Origin: Spirochaetaceae bacterium
GTDB taxonomy: Bacteria > Spirochaetota > Spirochaetia > DSM-2461
Reading direction: 5' to 3'
Assembly (NCBI GenBank): GCA_051531975.1
Contig: JAOPTT010000013.1
Location: forward strand, 162,530-226,529
Length of the DNA: 64,000 bases
Shown: positions 51,723 through 62,838 of the stretch, piece by piece
Position numbering within the stretch: the first letter of the stretch is position 1
Layout: each line of letters begins with the position of its first letter
Position numbers and translations under genes: made by a program
The notes under the pieces: generated by a model
Databases searched by the model: none
Seen by the model: only the letters and a program-made list of their open reading frames with translations
Told to the model about the DNA's origin: nothing

Positions 51723-52411
51723 TGAAGACTGTAGCATTTATCTCCGATATTCACTCTAATTTACCAGCACTAAAATCTACTATAAAAGATATTAGAGACA
51801 GGGGTATAAATACAATATACTGCCTTGGAGATATTATAGGATATCACTCATTTACTAATGAAGTTATAGATCTATTACAACAAGAAGATGTTATTTCAAT
51901 AAAAGGTAATCATGATATTGCAATTACTGGGGAATATTTTAATAGAGATAATGATGGTGATTTTGTATTATATTGGAATTTTGACGCCCTAACTTCAGAA
52001 AATAGAGAATACCTAAACAATCTACCAAGTACTCTGGAGTTTATTATAGAAGGAATTACTTTAAAACTAGTACATGGAAGTCCTAAATCTGCTGATCAGT
52101 ATATTAGGGAAGAAAGTGATGAAGCAGATCTATATTTGAAAGAAATGAAAACAGATATACTAATTTGTGCCCATACACATATACCATATATTAGGTCGCT
52201 AAAAGGAAAACATCTATTAAATACTGGGAGTATTGGCAAACCTAAATTTGGTAAACCACTGTGTTCATATCTTTTACTAAATATTGATGGTAATAATATT
52301 AATCCAGAAATTATTACTCTTTCTTATCCTGTTAAGGTAATGACAGAGCATTTAAAAAAGAATAAGTTTCCAGAGAAGCTAATTACTGCCCTGGAAACTG
52401 GTAACCCTTAA
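51722..52411 (+). CDS. Metallophosphoesterase (YfcE-like)
   Basis: SDIHSN, LGDIIGY, GNHD, HGSP, AHTH, NTGSIG. Confidence 0.9.
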   Translation: MKTVAFISDIHSNLPALKSTIKDIRDRGINTIYCLGDIIGYHSFTNEVIDLLQQEDVISIKGNHDIAITGEYFNRDNDGDFVLYWNFDALTSENREYLNNLPSTLEFIIEGITLKLVHGSPKSADQYIREESDEADLYLKEMKTDILICAHTHIPYIRSLKGKHLLNTGSIGKPKFGKPLCSYLLLNIDGNNINPEIITLSYPVKVMTEHLKKNKFPEKLITALETGNP

Positions 52412-53634
52412 TGTTTTTTGATTTCTCCGGACTTTGTTAAAGCCATTTTAGTTAATATAGGGCCTATTATTTCAAAAAATATGGAAGTTGCAGTAACTGT
52501 TGTTATTACTGTTGCTCCAATATAGGCTCCGTGTTCTCCAAACTGTGTAAACTCAGATTTAACTATTAGAGCTAAACCAATTGCCACACCGGCTTGGGAT
52601 AAAATACCTAAACCTAGATATTTTTTTATGTTCTCAGGTAGTTTTCCTAAGTATGATCCTATTTTTGCTCCACCAATAAGTCCACCACTTCTTCCTAATA
52701 TGTAAACTAATCCGATTATTCCTAATGATGGTATTGCAGAGATATGTAAATTTGCTCCAGCTAATGTAAAAAACATAACAAATAGTAGTGGCATTATTTT
52801 TGTAAGTTCACTGTGGATATTTTCAACTAGTTTAAACTTTTGAGTATTAACAATTACCATTCCAAATATCATATTTGTTAAAATTAGAGATAAGTGTAGT
52901 GTATGGCAAAGACCAGAAGATATTAATACAAAAGCAAAGAGTAAGATAAAGATATCTCTTCCACTTTTTAGTTTTCTAGCTAATACAGAAAACAGAACAG
53001 CTATGGCTCCACCTATTACAATACTTAATCCAACCTCTTTTAAAGGTACACCAATTAGTTCAATAAAACTTCCCGCATCCATACCCATCTCTTGACCTAA
53101 TAATGATTTTGCAAATGCAGCAGCAAAACCAAATATAATAATTCCTAAACCATCATCAAAGCCAACAACGGAGTATAGAGCACTCGTTAATGGTCCCTTC
53201 GCTTTGTACTCTTGAATTATTGCAACTGTTCCTGCAGGGGCACTCGCAGGGGCTATAGAGCCAAATATAAGTGCCATGGGTAGATCTTTAGTTATTAAAT
53301 ATATTAAACCTGTAACTAGAACAAATGCAGCAATCGATTCTGTAAATATTACAGTAATAATTCCTGCACCTTGTTTTTTTAGACTTTGAAAACTCAGTTC
53401 AAGTCCAATACTTAGGGCAACAAAACCAAGGGCTATATCTGTGATAAAGCTTAGTTTCTCTTGAAATTCTTCGTTGATTAAATCTAATAACGATGGGCCT
53501 AAAATAACTCCAATAATCATAAATCCAATTATTGAAGGTAGTTTTATCCATTTCATACTCTTTCCAAAATAAAAAGACAGACCTGTCATGACTCCTATAA
53601 TTAGGAGTGGTTCTAAGTGTAAATTATGTAGCAT
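52408..53634 (-). CDS. Cation:proton antiporter (CPA family)
   Basis: About 12 TM; LPSIIGFMIIGVILGP, ASAPA, GFDDG, SQAGVAIGL. Confidence 0.88.
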   Translation of the reverse strand: MLHNLHLEPLLIIGVMTGLSFYFGKSMKWIKLPSIIGFMIIGVILGPSLLDLINEEFQEKLSFITDIALGFVALSIGLELSFQSLKKQGAGIITVIFTESIAAFVLVTGLIYLITKDLPMALIFGSIAPASAPAGTVAIIQEYKAKGPLTSALYSVVGFDDGLGIIIFGFAAAFAKSLLGQEMGMDAGSFIELIGVPLKEVGLSIVIGGAIAVLFSVLARKLKSGRDIFILLFAFVLISSGLCHTLHLSLILTNMIFGMVIVNTQKFKLVENIHSELTKIMPLLFVMFFTLAGANLHISAIPSLGIIGLVYILGRSGGLIGGAKIGSYLGKLPENIKKYLGLGILSQAGVAIGLALIVKSEFTQFGEHGAYIGATVITTVTATSIFFEIIGPILTKMALTKSGEIKKH

Positions 53635-53643
53635 TTTATTCTC

Positions 53644-54429
53644 CTAATACTCTAGTGATCCATCAAAATACAGAAGTTCATTTACTGTTACTAATAGGCC
53701 TTGGTTTTTATCGGCTTTTATCATATTTATTCTTCTAATAGTTTCATTCATTAAAGGTTTATCTATGATAGCAATAATTATTTTACTGAAACTATCTGAT
53801 ATATCGTTCCAGAATGATGAAAATAGAGGTAGTTTATGAAGATGGTAACCTGCAGTTTGTGCATCGATAACTGATACCGCACCTTCTACATCAGAGGCTA
53901 AAAGTTCTAATACGTCCTGAAATAATTTTTCATCTTGAACATGTATTACAAACTGGCATTTAATACCTTTTTCATTATTGTCATAACTATCTCTATGTAA
54001 TAGTTTAAAAACTTGTTCAGATTTTTCAGCACTTAATACCTGCTCTAATAGTTCATTGTCTTTTGCAATTTTAGATATTGAAGTTAAAGTTGTTATATGC
54101 TGATTTTGCTGATCTTTTGGTCCAACACTAAAAAATATAATTTTTGTTGGTTCTTCATCTAAAGAGTCAAAATCTATACCATCTTTTACTATAATGGCTC
54201 CAACATGGAATTCAGAAATATTCTCAAATGCACAATGTGGTATTGCTATCCCTCCGGTTAATCCTGTAGAGCTTAACTTCTCTCTTTTAACTAGGGCTTT
54301 ATATATATCCTTCTGGCTTAAATTGTCACAGCTTTTATTAACTAAACCAGCAATTTCCTGTAATAATTCATCTTTTGTTGAACTTGTAGTTCCAACTTGA
54401 ATTAGTTCTTTTTTTAATGTCTTAATCAT
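53644..54429 (-). CDS. PTS EIIA (Fru/Ntr-like) domain fused to a PII-like domain
   Basis: REKLSSTG..GIAIPH; C-terminal GlnB-like pattern. Start re-placed at ATG 54429 (SD AAGGAG); the upstream in-frame part is the tandem repeat. Confidence 0.8.
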   Translation of the reverse strand: MIKTLKKELIQVGTTSSTKDELLQEIAGLVNKSCDNLSQKDIYKALVKREKLSSTGLTGGIAIPHCAFENISEFHVGAIIVKDGIDFDSLDEEPTKIIFFSVGPKDQQNQHITTLTSISKIAKDNELLEQVLSAEKSEQVFKLLHRDSYDNNEKGIKCQFVIHVQDEKLFQDVLELLASDVEGAVSVIDAQTAGYHLHKLPLFSSFWNDISDSFSKIIIAIIDKPLMNETIRRINMIKADKNQGLLVTVNELLYFDGSLEY

Positions 54430-54440
54430 TAATAATCTCC

Positions 54441-54556
54441 TTGGTTGCATACCCGAGCAGTCACTTGTGACGACCAGGGTTGGTTGCATACCCGAGCAGT
54501 CACTTGTGACGACCAGGGTTGGTTGCATACCCGAGCAGTCACTTGTGACGACCAGG
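54441..54556. repeat. Three tandem 39-bp GC-rich hairpin repeats
   Basis: Unit TTGGTTGCATACCCGAGCAGTCACTTGTGACGACCAGGG at 54441, 54480 and 54519 (last copy 38 bp); internal GTCAC-TT-GTGAC palindrome. Confidence 0.95.
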
Positions 54557-54622
54557 CAATGTGCATACATCTGACATTCCGACCCGTAAAGCATGCCTTT
54601 ACATATAAAAGGTAGGCAGGGT

Positions 54623-55324
54623 TTATCTCCCCAGTCTTGATAATTGTATCTCTTGTTCTTTTCTAATAAAAAATTGTATAAACTCTTCAGGTTTATTTAG
54701 ATTCTTAATTTCATCTATCACGTTATTAAGAGATAAAATTTGTGTTAGTTTTGATAAAATTCTAAGGTGTACAACTTCACTATCTGATAATAATAGAAAG
54801 AATAAAGTTGTTTTCTCTCCATCTAAAGAGGCAAAATCGATTCCATTTTTTGATATTCCAATTACTATTTTGGGTTTTGTTACTATTGTTCCACATGGTT
54901 TTCTTAAATGAGGTAAAGCTATACCTTGTCCAATAGATGTAGATGTTAACTTTTCTCTTTCTAATAACTTTTGAATAAACTTATCCTTGTCTACTACAAA
55001 GTCTTTTTTATATGCTTGTTCTGCCAATTCTCGAACAACTTCATCGCTATTCGTTCCTTTTAAATTAGTGATTATTGAGTCTTGGTCAATCAATCTCGAA
55101 AGAGGTATATAGTCAAACTCTGATTCAACAAGTCTTGAGAAATCATTTTGAGGAATAACGCTCATCTGTGCTGTAATCCAATCATTTAGCATAGCTTTGG
55201 AGAATCTCCACTGATTAGCAATTTTAGCACAGGGTATTTCATTGTTCTTAACCATTTTTAAAATTGTTTTATCTGAGAGTTGTAATAACTCTGCTACTTC
55301 TTGTAATGTTAAAATATCACCCAT
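54623..55324 (-). CDS. Excisionase-like HTH (HTH_17) fused to PTS EIIA domain
   Basis: ILTLQEVAELLQLS..TI...IPCAKIANQWRF; REKLTSTSIG.GIALPH. ATG 55324 follows SD GGAGG. Confidence 0.88.
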   Translation of the reverse strand: MGDILTLQEVAELLQLSDKTILKMVKNNEIPCAKIANQWRFSKAMLNDWITAQMSVIPQNDFSRLVESEFDYIPLSRLIDQDSIITNLKGTNSDEVVRELAEQAYKKDFVVDKDKFIQKLLEREKLTSTSIGQGIALPHLRKPCGTIVTKPKIVIGISKNGIDFASLDGEKTTLFFLLLSDSEVVHLRILSKLTQILSLNNVIDEIKNLNKPEEFIQFFIRKEQEIQLSRLGR

Positions 55325-55501
55325 GACGGCCTCCATTTACTCTTATATTCCTTTATATTCCATTATAAGTCAAATATGTGCAATATACTGAAGCTGATAT
55401 AATGTTAAAAACATAACTTATCTTGCTAAAAGTCGATAATAGACTTTCTTTACTGTTTTTTTATGCAAAAACTGTGTAAAATTAAAGTAATGGAGGATAA
55501 T

Positions 55502-55927
55502 ATGAAAAAATTACTAGTTGTAATATTATTAGCACTAACTCTATCTCTATTTGCAGAGAATGGTCATATAACAGTTCTGTCTGTAACTGGTAGGGTCAAA
55601 GTTCAGTCGACAACAGGAACATGGGAAGTTGTCACAGAGGATACTGTTTTATCATTAGAAAGTTTTATTAGTACAGGACTCAATTCATCTATTATTTTAA
55701 GCTTTGGAGAAGATGAAATTTACGAAATAAATGCTATACAAAAAGGGAGCATTGCAGACCTTACAAGCTCAATGAGTGCAGGTGGAACCGGTCTTAAGAT
55801 AAAAGGAACATTAACAAAAAGTGATGTTAATGCAGATGATATACAAGAAAGAACTAATATATCAACAGCCTCAACTAGGGCAGATGCAGTTACTGACGAT
55901 GAGTTAGAATGGGCAGAAGACGAATAG
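55502..55927 (+). CDS. Small secreted FecR-like protein
   Basis: SD GGAGGA then MKKLL signal peptide; VTGRVKV..W, ISTGLNS, TASTRA resemble the FecR periplasmic N-domain. Confidence 0.6.
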   Translation: MKKLLVVILLALTLSLFAENGHITVLSVTGRVKVQSTTGTWEVVTEDTVLSLESFISTGLNSSIILSFGEDEIYEINAIQKGSIADLTSSMSAGGTGLKIKGTLTKSDVNADDIQERTNISTASTRADAVTDDELEWAEDE

Positions 55928-55938
55928 AATAAATTGTC

Positions 55939-58608
55939 TTATTTTTCTGTTAAGTTAAATACACCATCCCATTCTTTATCCGGTGGGTTAGTTATAAACT
56001 GTTTGCATCTTGTTATATAAAGTTCTAATAATTTATCTGTTTGGTGTTCATTTGCTAGCATTTCTAAAATATCTTTAGCCTTTTCAAACTTTTGTTCTTC
56101 GTAGAGTGTAAGAGCTGTATTCCAGTATTCTATTTGTTTTAAATCTTCTTGTGTTGCATCTTTTTTAAGCTTAATAAGTTCATACAACCTTAGAGGTGTA
56201 TTTACACCAACTACACGAACCATATCTAACTTTCTTAATAAGAATTCATCTCCAATTTGACTTCTGGTGTGCTCACTAATTAGTATCCCATTTGTATTGT
56301 ATTGTTTATTTATACCTTCTAATCTTGCGGCTAAGTTAACAGAGTTTCCCATGATTGTGTAGTCCATTTTATTGGGAGTTCCCATATTTCCTACAATCAT
56401 ATCTCCTGTATTAATTCCAATTCTAGTGAATATAGGAAATGGTGCAAGATTTTCTGATAGAACATACTTATTGAGTTCTATTTCAGCTTCTTTCATAAGT
56501 ATTGCAGTTTTACATGCTAATATTGCGTGCTCCTTCATCGAAATAGGGGCACCAAAAAAGGCTATAATAGCATCACCTTCATATTTATCTATCGTTCCTC
56601 TATTATCCATAACAATATTACTCATTTTTGTTAGATACATATTCAGAAGTTTGACTAATTCTCCTGGTTCTAAAATTTCAGATATTGTGGAAAACCCTTT
56701 GATATCTGTAAAGAACGCTGTCATCTCTCTTTTTTCACCACCAAGATTTAGTTTTGATGGGTCAGCAATAATTTCACTTATAACTTCAGGGGAAAGGTAT
56801 CTTGAGAACGCAGTCCTTAGGAAAGATTTTTCTTTAGATGTAGTAAGAAAGTTTATTATTGACAGTGTCAAGAATGTTACAGTTAACGATGCTAAAGGAA
56901 CAATTAAACCAATATATCTTTTGGTTATAACAAAAACTATCATTGTAATTAGGGATGTTGCAATTATAGTTGAGAAACCTGCTATCATAGCATTTTTAGT
57001 GCTTTGTTTCATAATAAAAATACTTAGGATAACTGAAAGGATAAGAGCTATTATAATTGATATATATCCTGGAGCATCGTCTAAAAATTCCTCAGCAATG
57101 ATCATATTTGCAACAGCAGAGTAGATCCCCACATTTGGAAAAAGTTCTTGAAATGTAGTTTGTCCTACATCAGTCATAGAAGTTGCATCAAAACCTATAA
57201 TGGAGAGTGTTCCGTCCATTTTATCATGGGCTCTGGATCTTATCTTTAATAGATCCTGCAGTTCTTTTCTTGCGATATTAAATGCATCTTTAACAACATC
57301 TTCACTACTCTCATGAATTTTACTCAGTAACTTTTCTTCATAGGATCCATTTAAAAGATCATCAGCTAATGTTATAAACTCTTCCCTAATAATTTTATAT
57401 TCATCTATCTCCGCATCAGTAACCTCTGATGGTTTATTCATAAGAGTGTTTTTTAATTTATCTGCAACATTATATCTTTTAATAGGATTATTTTGTGGAT
57501 TAAGAGATATGAAAAATCCGAGAGAGTCCATCTTTTTTAGTGATTTTATAAAGGTGTTCTCAACATTTGAGTTGTTGATTAGATACCAGGCAGAAAATTG
57601 ATTATAATCCTTAAACTCTTTTTTTGGCCATTTTATTAATACGGAACCATCTTCAGTTCTTGGTATAACAATATCTTTTATTAGACTATTAATTTTAGCA
57701 TCTTTTAGTGTTATTGTTTTATCTGTAACTATGATTTTTGGGTTCCCAAACTTAACTAGAAGTGGAACAAGAGCTAATTGTCCGTAGTATTTTCCATTAA
57801 ATTTCATGACAAGATGAACTCGTCGTCTAAATCCATCATTATCCGGGGCGGCATTAACAAAGCCAGCACTTTTCGCTCTCTTTACAAGTTTTGGGATACT
57901 AGGGACAATCCCAATAACTTCAGGAGTTTTTGAATCATAAGTATAATTTATATTTTTTAGTGCTATATGGGTGCTTAAAAAATCGATGCTGTCCTTTGGC
58001 ATATTAAAGGTTTTGCTATCACCTGTAATATTTTCAGATGATACCATTGTGAGAGTTAGATATGAATCTCCAAAGTAGTTAAGGGTATTTCCAAAGTATG
58101 CATCTACATCCCTTGTTACATTAGACAAAGACTTATTTACCTGTTCTTCTATATATTTATTAGATTCTAATATATCTTCTTTGTATTCTAGTGCATCTTC
58201 AGCAAAAAGGTATTCAGAGGCAAATGCATCCATTATTTGTGTTACAGAAGAATTTATTTCAGCAAAGCTGCTGTCTATAATTTCTGGTAGGTTATTTTCT
58301 AAATAATTAAGGTTAACAGAAACAGGGCTATTATCTAGGTAGCTAAGGTCGAATGCTACAGCTTCTGAGCCCATTTCTCGCATAAAGATAATTGCATCTG
58401 CCATTATGTCTCTAGGCCATGGGAATATTCCTACATTTTCAATAGATGGGTCGTCTATTTTGACAACAACAACTGATGGATCCTCAGTCAATGATGGTAT
58501 AGTTCTAAGAAAAATATCATATATTTTATTATCTAGAGATCCTATTAATAAAAATGAACTAATTAAAACGGCAAATAAAGGGATAATAATATATATATTT
58601 TTTTTCAT
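55939..58608 (-). CDS. CHASE2-domain adenylate cyclase
   Basis: IDDPSI..GIFPWPR, DNDGFRRR, 3 TM, FSRYLSP, FTDIKGFS, IDKYEGDA, KMDYT..GNSVNLAARLEG, TPR-like tail. Confidence 0.93.
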   Translation of the reverse strand: MKKNIYIIIPLFAVLISSFLLIGSLDNKIYDIFLRTIPSLTEDPSVVVVKIDDPSIENVGIFPWPRDIMADAIIFMREMGSEAVAFDLSYLDNSPVSVNLNYLENNLPEIIDSSFAEINSSVTQIMDAFASEYLFAEDALEYKEDILESNKYIEEQVNKSLSNVTRDVDAYFGNTLNYFGDSYLTLTMVSSENITGDSKTFNMPKDSIDFLSTHIALKNINYTYDSKTPEVIGIVPSIPKLVKRAKSAGFVNAAPDNDGFRRRVHLVMKFNGKYYGQLALVPLLVKFGNPKIIVTDKTITLKDAKINSLIKDIVIPRTEDGSVLIKWPKKEFKDYNQFSAWYLINNSNVENTFIKSLKKMDSLGFFISLNPQNNPIKRYNVADKLKNTLMNKPSEVTDAEIDEYKIIREEFITLADDLLNGSYEEKLLSKIHESSEDVVKDAFNIARKELQDLLKIRSRAHDKMDGTLSIIGFDATSMTDVGQTTFQELFPNVGIYSAVANMIIAEEFLDDAPGYISIIIALILSVILSIFIMKQSTKNAMIAGFSTIIATSLITMIVFVITKRYIGLIVPLASLTVTFLTLSIINFLTTSKEKSFLRTAFSRYLSPEVISEIIADPSKLNLGGEKREMTAFFTDIKGFSTISEILEPGELVKLLNMYLTKMSNIVMDNRGTIDKYEGDAIIAFFGAPISMKEHAILACKTAILMKEAEIELNKYVLSENLAPFPIFTRIGINTGDMIVGNMGTPNKMDYTIMGNSVNLAARLEGINKQYNTNGILISEHTRSQIGDEFLLRKLDMVRVVGVNTPLRLYELIKLKKDATQEDLKQIEYWNTALTLYEEQKFEKAKDILEMLANEHQTDKLLELYITRCKQFITNPPDKEWDGVFNLTEK

Positions 58609-58650
58609 ACTTATTTATATCTCCATGTAAGTATTTTATCAAACAAATTT

Positions 58651-61600
58651 TTATGGGTCAGTAGTAAAACTACTTTCAGTTGAAACGTCACTTAAGTTTC
58701 CAGAACTATCTTCTGCAGTCATATAGTAGTAGTAGGTTGTAGCTTCTGTTAGACCTGTAATATCAATTCTTCCTTCTGAATCGGCAGTTACACTATCACT
58801 ACCATCAAATATACCTAAACTTGCATCTCGTATATCAGTATTAGTTGGAGTACTTGATGATGCAGTAATAATGCAATAGATAGTACCATCTTCGTCTGAT
58901 GTTCCCTTTATTCTTGCAGATGTTTTTGTAAAGTTTGATGCTGTTTCTCCTGAAAGTATTGGGGCTGTTACATCTAAAGTTGTAAAGTTCAACTCAGCTG
59001 AAACGTCACTTAGGTTTCCAGCCGAATCTGCTGCAGTCATATAGAAGAAATATTGTGTAGTTTCAAGTAATCCTGTAATGTCAAAAACTTCTTCTGTATC
59101 AGTAGTTACACTACTATTAGCATATATACCTGAACTTGCATCTCGTATATCAGTAGCAGTTGGTGAACTTGATGATGTAGTAATTATGTAGTAGATAGTT
59201 CCAACTTCGTCTGATATTCCCTTAATCTTTGCAGTTACTCCTGCAACATCAGATGATGTTACTCCTGAAAGAGTTGGGGCTGTTACATCTAAAGTTGTAA
59301 AGTTCAACTCAGCTGAAACGTCACTTAGGTTTCCAGCCGAATCTGCTGCAGTCATATAGAAGAAATATTGTGTAGTTTCAAGTAGTCCTGTAATGTCAAA
59401 AACTTCTTCTGTATCAGCAGTTACACTACCATTAGCATATATACCTGAACTTGCATCTCGTATATCAGTCGCTGTTGGTGAACTTGATGATGTAGTAATT
59501 ATATAGTAAATAGTTCCAACTTCGTCTGATGTTCCCTTAATCTTTGCAGTTACTCCTGCAACATCAGATGATGTTACTGCTGAAAGAGTTGGGGCTGTTA
59601 CATCTAAAGTTGTAAAGTTCAACTCATTTGAAACGTCACTTAGATTTCCAGCCGAATCCGCTGCAGTCATATAGAAGAAATATTGTGTAGTTTCAAGTAG
59701 TCCTGTAATGTCAAAAACTTTTTCTGTATCAGCAGTTACACTACTATTAGCATATATACCTGAACTTGCATCTCGTATAGCTGTAGCAGTTGGTGAACTT
59801 GATGATGTAGTAATTATGTAGTAGATAGTTCCAGATTCGTCCGATGTTCCCTTAATCTTTGCAGTTACTCCTGCAACATCAGATGATGTTACTGCTGAAA
59901 GAGTTGGGGCTGTTACATCTAAAGTTGTAAAGTTCAACTCATTTGAAACGTCACTTAGGTTTCCAGCCGAATCCGCTGCAGTCATATAGAAGAAATATTG
60001 TGTAGTTTCAAGTAGTCCTGTAATGTTAAAAACTTTTTCTGTATCAGCAGTTACACTACTATTAGCATATATACCTGAACTTGCATCTCGTATAGCTGTA
60101 GCAGTTGGTGTGCTTGATGATGTAGTGATTATGTAGTAGATAATTCCAGCTTCGTCTGATGTTCCCTTAATCTTTGCAGTTACTCCTGCAATATTAGATG
60201 ATGTTACTCCCGAAAGTATTGGAGGTGTCTCATCTAAAGTTGTAAAACTAGCAGAACTATATACAGAACTTGTATTTCCTGAGCCATCTACTGCAGTCAT
60301 ATGGAAGTAATATGTTGTATCATCATCTAGTCCTGAGATGTCAAATACTTTATCTGTATTCGCAGTTACACTATCATTGCCAAATATACCTGAACTTGCA
60401 GATTTTATTGCTGTCGCTGTTGGTGAACTTGAGGATTCATTAACAATATAATATAGAGTACCATTTTCGTTTGATTGACCTTTAATTTTTGCAGTAGTAC
60501 CAGTAACATCTGATGATGCTAGTCCTGAAAGTGTTGGTGGTGTCTCATCTAAAGTTGTAAAACTAGCAGAAGTATATACAGAACTTGTATTTCCAGAGCC
60601 ATCTACTGCAGTCATATGGAAGTAATAGGTTGTAGTTTCATCTAGTCCTGTAATGTCAAACTCTTCTTCTGTAGCAGCAGTTACACTACTATAACCATGT
60701 ATCCCTGAATTAGCATTTTTTATAGATGCTGCACTTGGTGAGCTTGAGGATTCAGTAATAATGTAATATAGGGTTCCATCTTCGTTTGATGTTCCTTTAA
60801 TTTTTGCAGTAGTTCCTGCTACATTTGACGAGCTTAAAGCTGAAATAGTTGGTTCAGCAGTATCTAGATCAATTGTATCACTCCAGTCTGCAGGATTACC
60901 TGCAGCATCTTCAACTCTAAAGTATACTGTTTTTGTCCCATCTCCTGAACCTAGATCCCATGATGTTGAAGGTGTTGACCCAATCTGCCAGCTATTTACT
61001 AAAGAATTAGATATAGAGTAACGATAAATATCAGAACCAGTACCACTAAGCCCAGTAATTGTAAGAGTAGTAATGCTATCATTGGTAGAATCACTGTCTG
61101 ATAGAATGCTGAAATCTGTAATAGTTGGTATTGTATTATCAACAGTATATGAGTTTCTTCCTGAGTCCCATTCCGTATCGTTTTCTGCTAAATCTTGAGC
61201 AGAGATAGAAATAGCGGCTGTACCATCACCTTGTGGAGTCCATGTATATGACCAAGTTCTATCTGAACCAGACATAACAGAGCTTACAGCTGTTACTCCT
61301 GTACCATCAATTGAAATAGTAGGTGTACCAACAATATCTTCGTCAAATGTTGCTGTAAGTATAACCGAGTTACTATTTCTAACTATTCCATCTGTAGCAG
61401 ATCCATCTTCAATTTCTGTTAATGTATATTTAGGAGTTATTTGGTCTAGAATAACTGTTTCAGATGAATATGTTGTATTTCCTGCCTTATCTTTCACATG
61501 TAAAAATAGAGTATTAACCCCAGAAGTTAATGCAACTTCAGTAGGTTTTACTGTCCATGTTGATGGGGTAGTGCTACTTGTCGTAATTGCATAAGCATCT

Positions 61601-62838
61601 GTATCTAAACCTGAACCTGCGTCTGATGCCGTTATAGTTAATGCTACAGGATCAGCATTTGAATGTGAATTTCCACTACCTAAAATAAATTCTGTAATTG
61701 TAGGGACAGTGTTGTCTAAGTATACGTATTTTGTATTAAGTGAACTATCAGAGGCATCAGGAATTATATCCTCAACATCATCAGTAGACCAGTTGTTACT
61801 TTTATCTGCAACATTTATACGTACTTTTACCCAACCGTCACTAATTTGATTAAGTGATGTTGTTGAAAAGTTATATTCTGTGTCGTAATCAATTATACCA
61901 CTATCAAATACAGTTCGGCCTACGCCATCTAAAGATCCCCCTGAATTGTCTGCAGTCCAAGGTGTGGCAATAACTTGCATTCTATTTATTTCAGTTGGAC
62001 CACTATTATCAGATACTTCGATTTCTAACCCTAAGTTCTGAGAATAGGCTGGAGATATTTCTATATTATTTATTATAAAAGATGATATCCATGGAGGATC
62101 TTCATCTTTTCCGTTTCCTGTTTCAAAAAACCAAGGGAAGTCACTTGTCATAGCGTTTCCATTAAGATCTGCAATAGTGGAGGAAAGTAATACTGTTATT
62201 GTACTAAACTTATCGTGATAATTATCTGCTTTTAAAGAAATTATTAATGTCTTATTTGTTATATTATAATTAAATCTTGTTTCAACATGGGTCGGTTCAT
62301 CAGTTGAGGAAGTTTTCTTTGTAGTAATTTCAATGGCTTCTCCCTCTCCTAACGAGACTGTAGATTCGTCTACAAGCTCATCGAATGTTACTGTTATGGA
62401 TTTATTTATTAACGTATTTGAACTTCCAGAGAATGGAACCCATGAAGAAACTGATGGCCTTTTATCAAATATAGGTACAATGGTTAATCCAGTTTTATTT
62501 TCATTAACAGTAGCCATTGTTACAGTACTTAAAGAATCATCGAAGGTTACATCACCATCTTCTCCTCCTGTAAATGACCAATTTAAAAAAGCATAATCTA
62601 GAGATACAGTGGTTGTTATATCAAAGGGAACACCTACTTTTGTGGAATAAGCTCCTAGGGGACTTGTAATTCCCATCTTATCCTCATCAGCTCTAATATT
62701 TACTGAAATAGTTGGTGCAGTCGCTTCATCTACTTCAGTTTCAACAGCATCGATAAAATCGTCACCATTTGACATAAAATTATCACATGAAAATGTAAGA
62801 AATGTCAGTGCAATGGCTATAATCTTTAGATACTTCAT
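58651..62838 (-). CDS. Giant surface lipoprotein with Ig-like and seven Fn3-like repeats
   Basis: Lipobox TFSC; Big-like domains (ITVTFDE, DLNGN, DxAGN); 7 x 105-aa C-terminal repeats. Confidence 0.88.
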   Translation of the reverse strand: MKYLKIIAIALTFLTFSCDNFMSNGDDFIDAVETEVDEATAPTISVNIRADEDKMGITSPLGAYSTKVGVPFDITTTVSLDYAFLNWSFTGGEDGDVTFDDSLSTVTMATVNENKTGLTIVPIFDKRPSVSSWVPFSGSSNTLINKSITVTFDELVDESTVSLGEGEAIEITTKKTSSTDEPTHVETRFNYNITNKTLIISLKADNYHDKFSTITVLLSSTIADLNGNAMTSDFPWFFETGNGKDEDPPWISSFIINNIEISPAYSQNLGLEIEVSDNSGPTEINRMQVIATPWTADNSGGSLDGVGRTVFDSGIIDYDTEYNFSTTSLNQISDGWVKVRINVADKSNNWSTDDVEDIIPDASDSSLNTKYVYLDNTVPTITEFILGSGNSHSNADPVALTITASDAGSGLDTDAYAITTSSTTPSTWTVKPTEVALTSGVNTLFLHVKDKAGNTTYSSETVILDQITPKYTLTEIEDGSATDGIVRNSNSVILTATFDEDIVGTPTISIDGTGVTAVSSVMSGSDRTWSYTWTPQGDGTAAISISAQDLAENDTEWDSGRNSYTVDNTIPTITDFSILSDSDSTNDSITTLTITGLSGTGSDIYRYSISNSLVNSWQIGSTPSTSWDLGSGDGTKTVYFRVEDAAGNPADWSDTIDLDTAEPTISALSSSNVAGTTAKIKGTSNEDGTLYYIITESSSSPSAASIKNANSGIHGYSSVTAATEEEFDITGLDETTTYYFHMTAVDGSGNTSSVYTSASFTTLDETPPTLSGLASSDVTGTTAKIKGQSNENGTLYYIVNESSSSPTATAIKSASSGIFGNDSVTANTDKVFDISGLDDDTTYYFHMTAVDGSGNTSSVYSSASFTTLDETPPILSGVTSSNIAGVTAKIKGTSDEAGIIYYIITTSSSTPTATAIRDASSGIYANSSVTADTEKVFNITGLLETTQYFFYMTAADSAGNLSDVSNELNFTTLDVTAPTLSAVTSSDVAGVTAKIKGTSDESGTIYYIITTSSSSPTATAIRDASSGIYANSSVTADTEKVFDITGLLETTQYFFYMTAADSAGNLSDVSNELNFTTLDVTAPTLSAVTSSDVAGVTAKIKGTSDEVGTIYYIITTSSSSPTATDIRDASSGIYANGSVTADTEEVFDITGLLETTQYFFYMTAADSAGNLSDVSAELNFTTLDVTAPTLSGVTSSDVAGVTAKIKGISDEVGTIYYIITTSSSSPTATDIRDASSGIYANSSVTTDTEEVFDITGLLETTQYFFYMTAADSAGNLSDVSAELNFTTLDVTAPILSGETASNFTKTSARIKGTSDEDGTIYCIITASSSTPTNTDIRDASLGIFDGSDSVTADSEGRIDITGLTEATTYYYYMTAEDSSGNLSDVSTESSFTTDP
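58654..60867 (-). repeat. Seven tandem 315-bp coding repeats
   Basis: Anchor motif recurs at 58966, 59281, 59596, 59911, 60226, 60541 and 60856 (315-bp period); central copies nearly identical. Confidence 0.95.

Noticed and set aside
54441..54556. CRISPR array
   Set aside because: Repeats are directly adjacent with no spacers, and no cas genes are in the window.
54430..54594. N-terminal extension (LVVTSDCSGMQPT x3) of the EIIA ORF
   Set aside because: It is the translation of the DNA repeat. A strong SD precedes ATG 54429, where the EIIA domain begins.
54623..55324. Prophage or ICE excisionase
   Set aside because: The HTH is fused to EIIA, and there is no integrase or phage gene nearby.
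56372..57124. 250-aa plus-strand ORF
   Set aside because: Antisense shadow of the conserved cyclase domain. The same applies to 30782-31267, 32134-32595, 45155-45751 and other short antisense ORFs.
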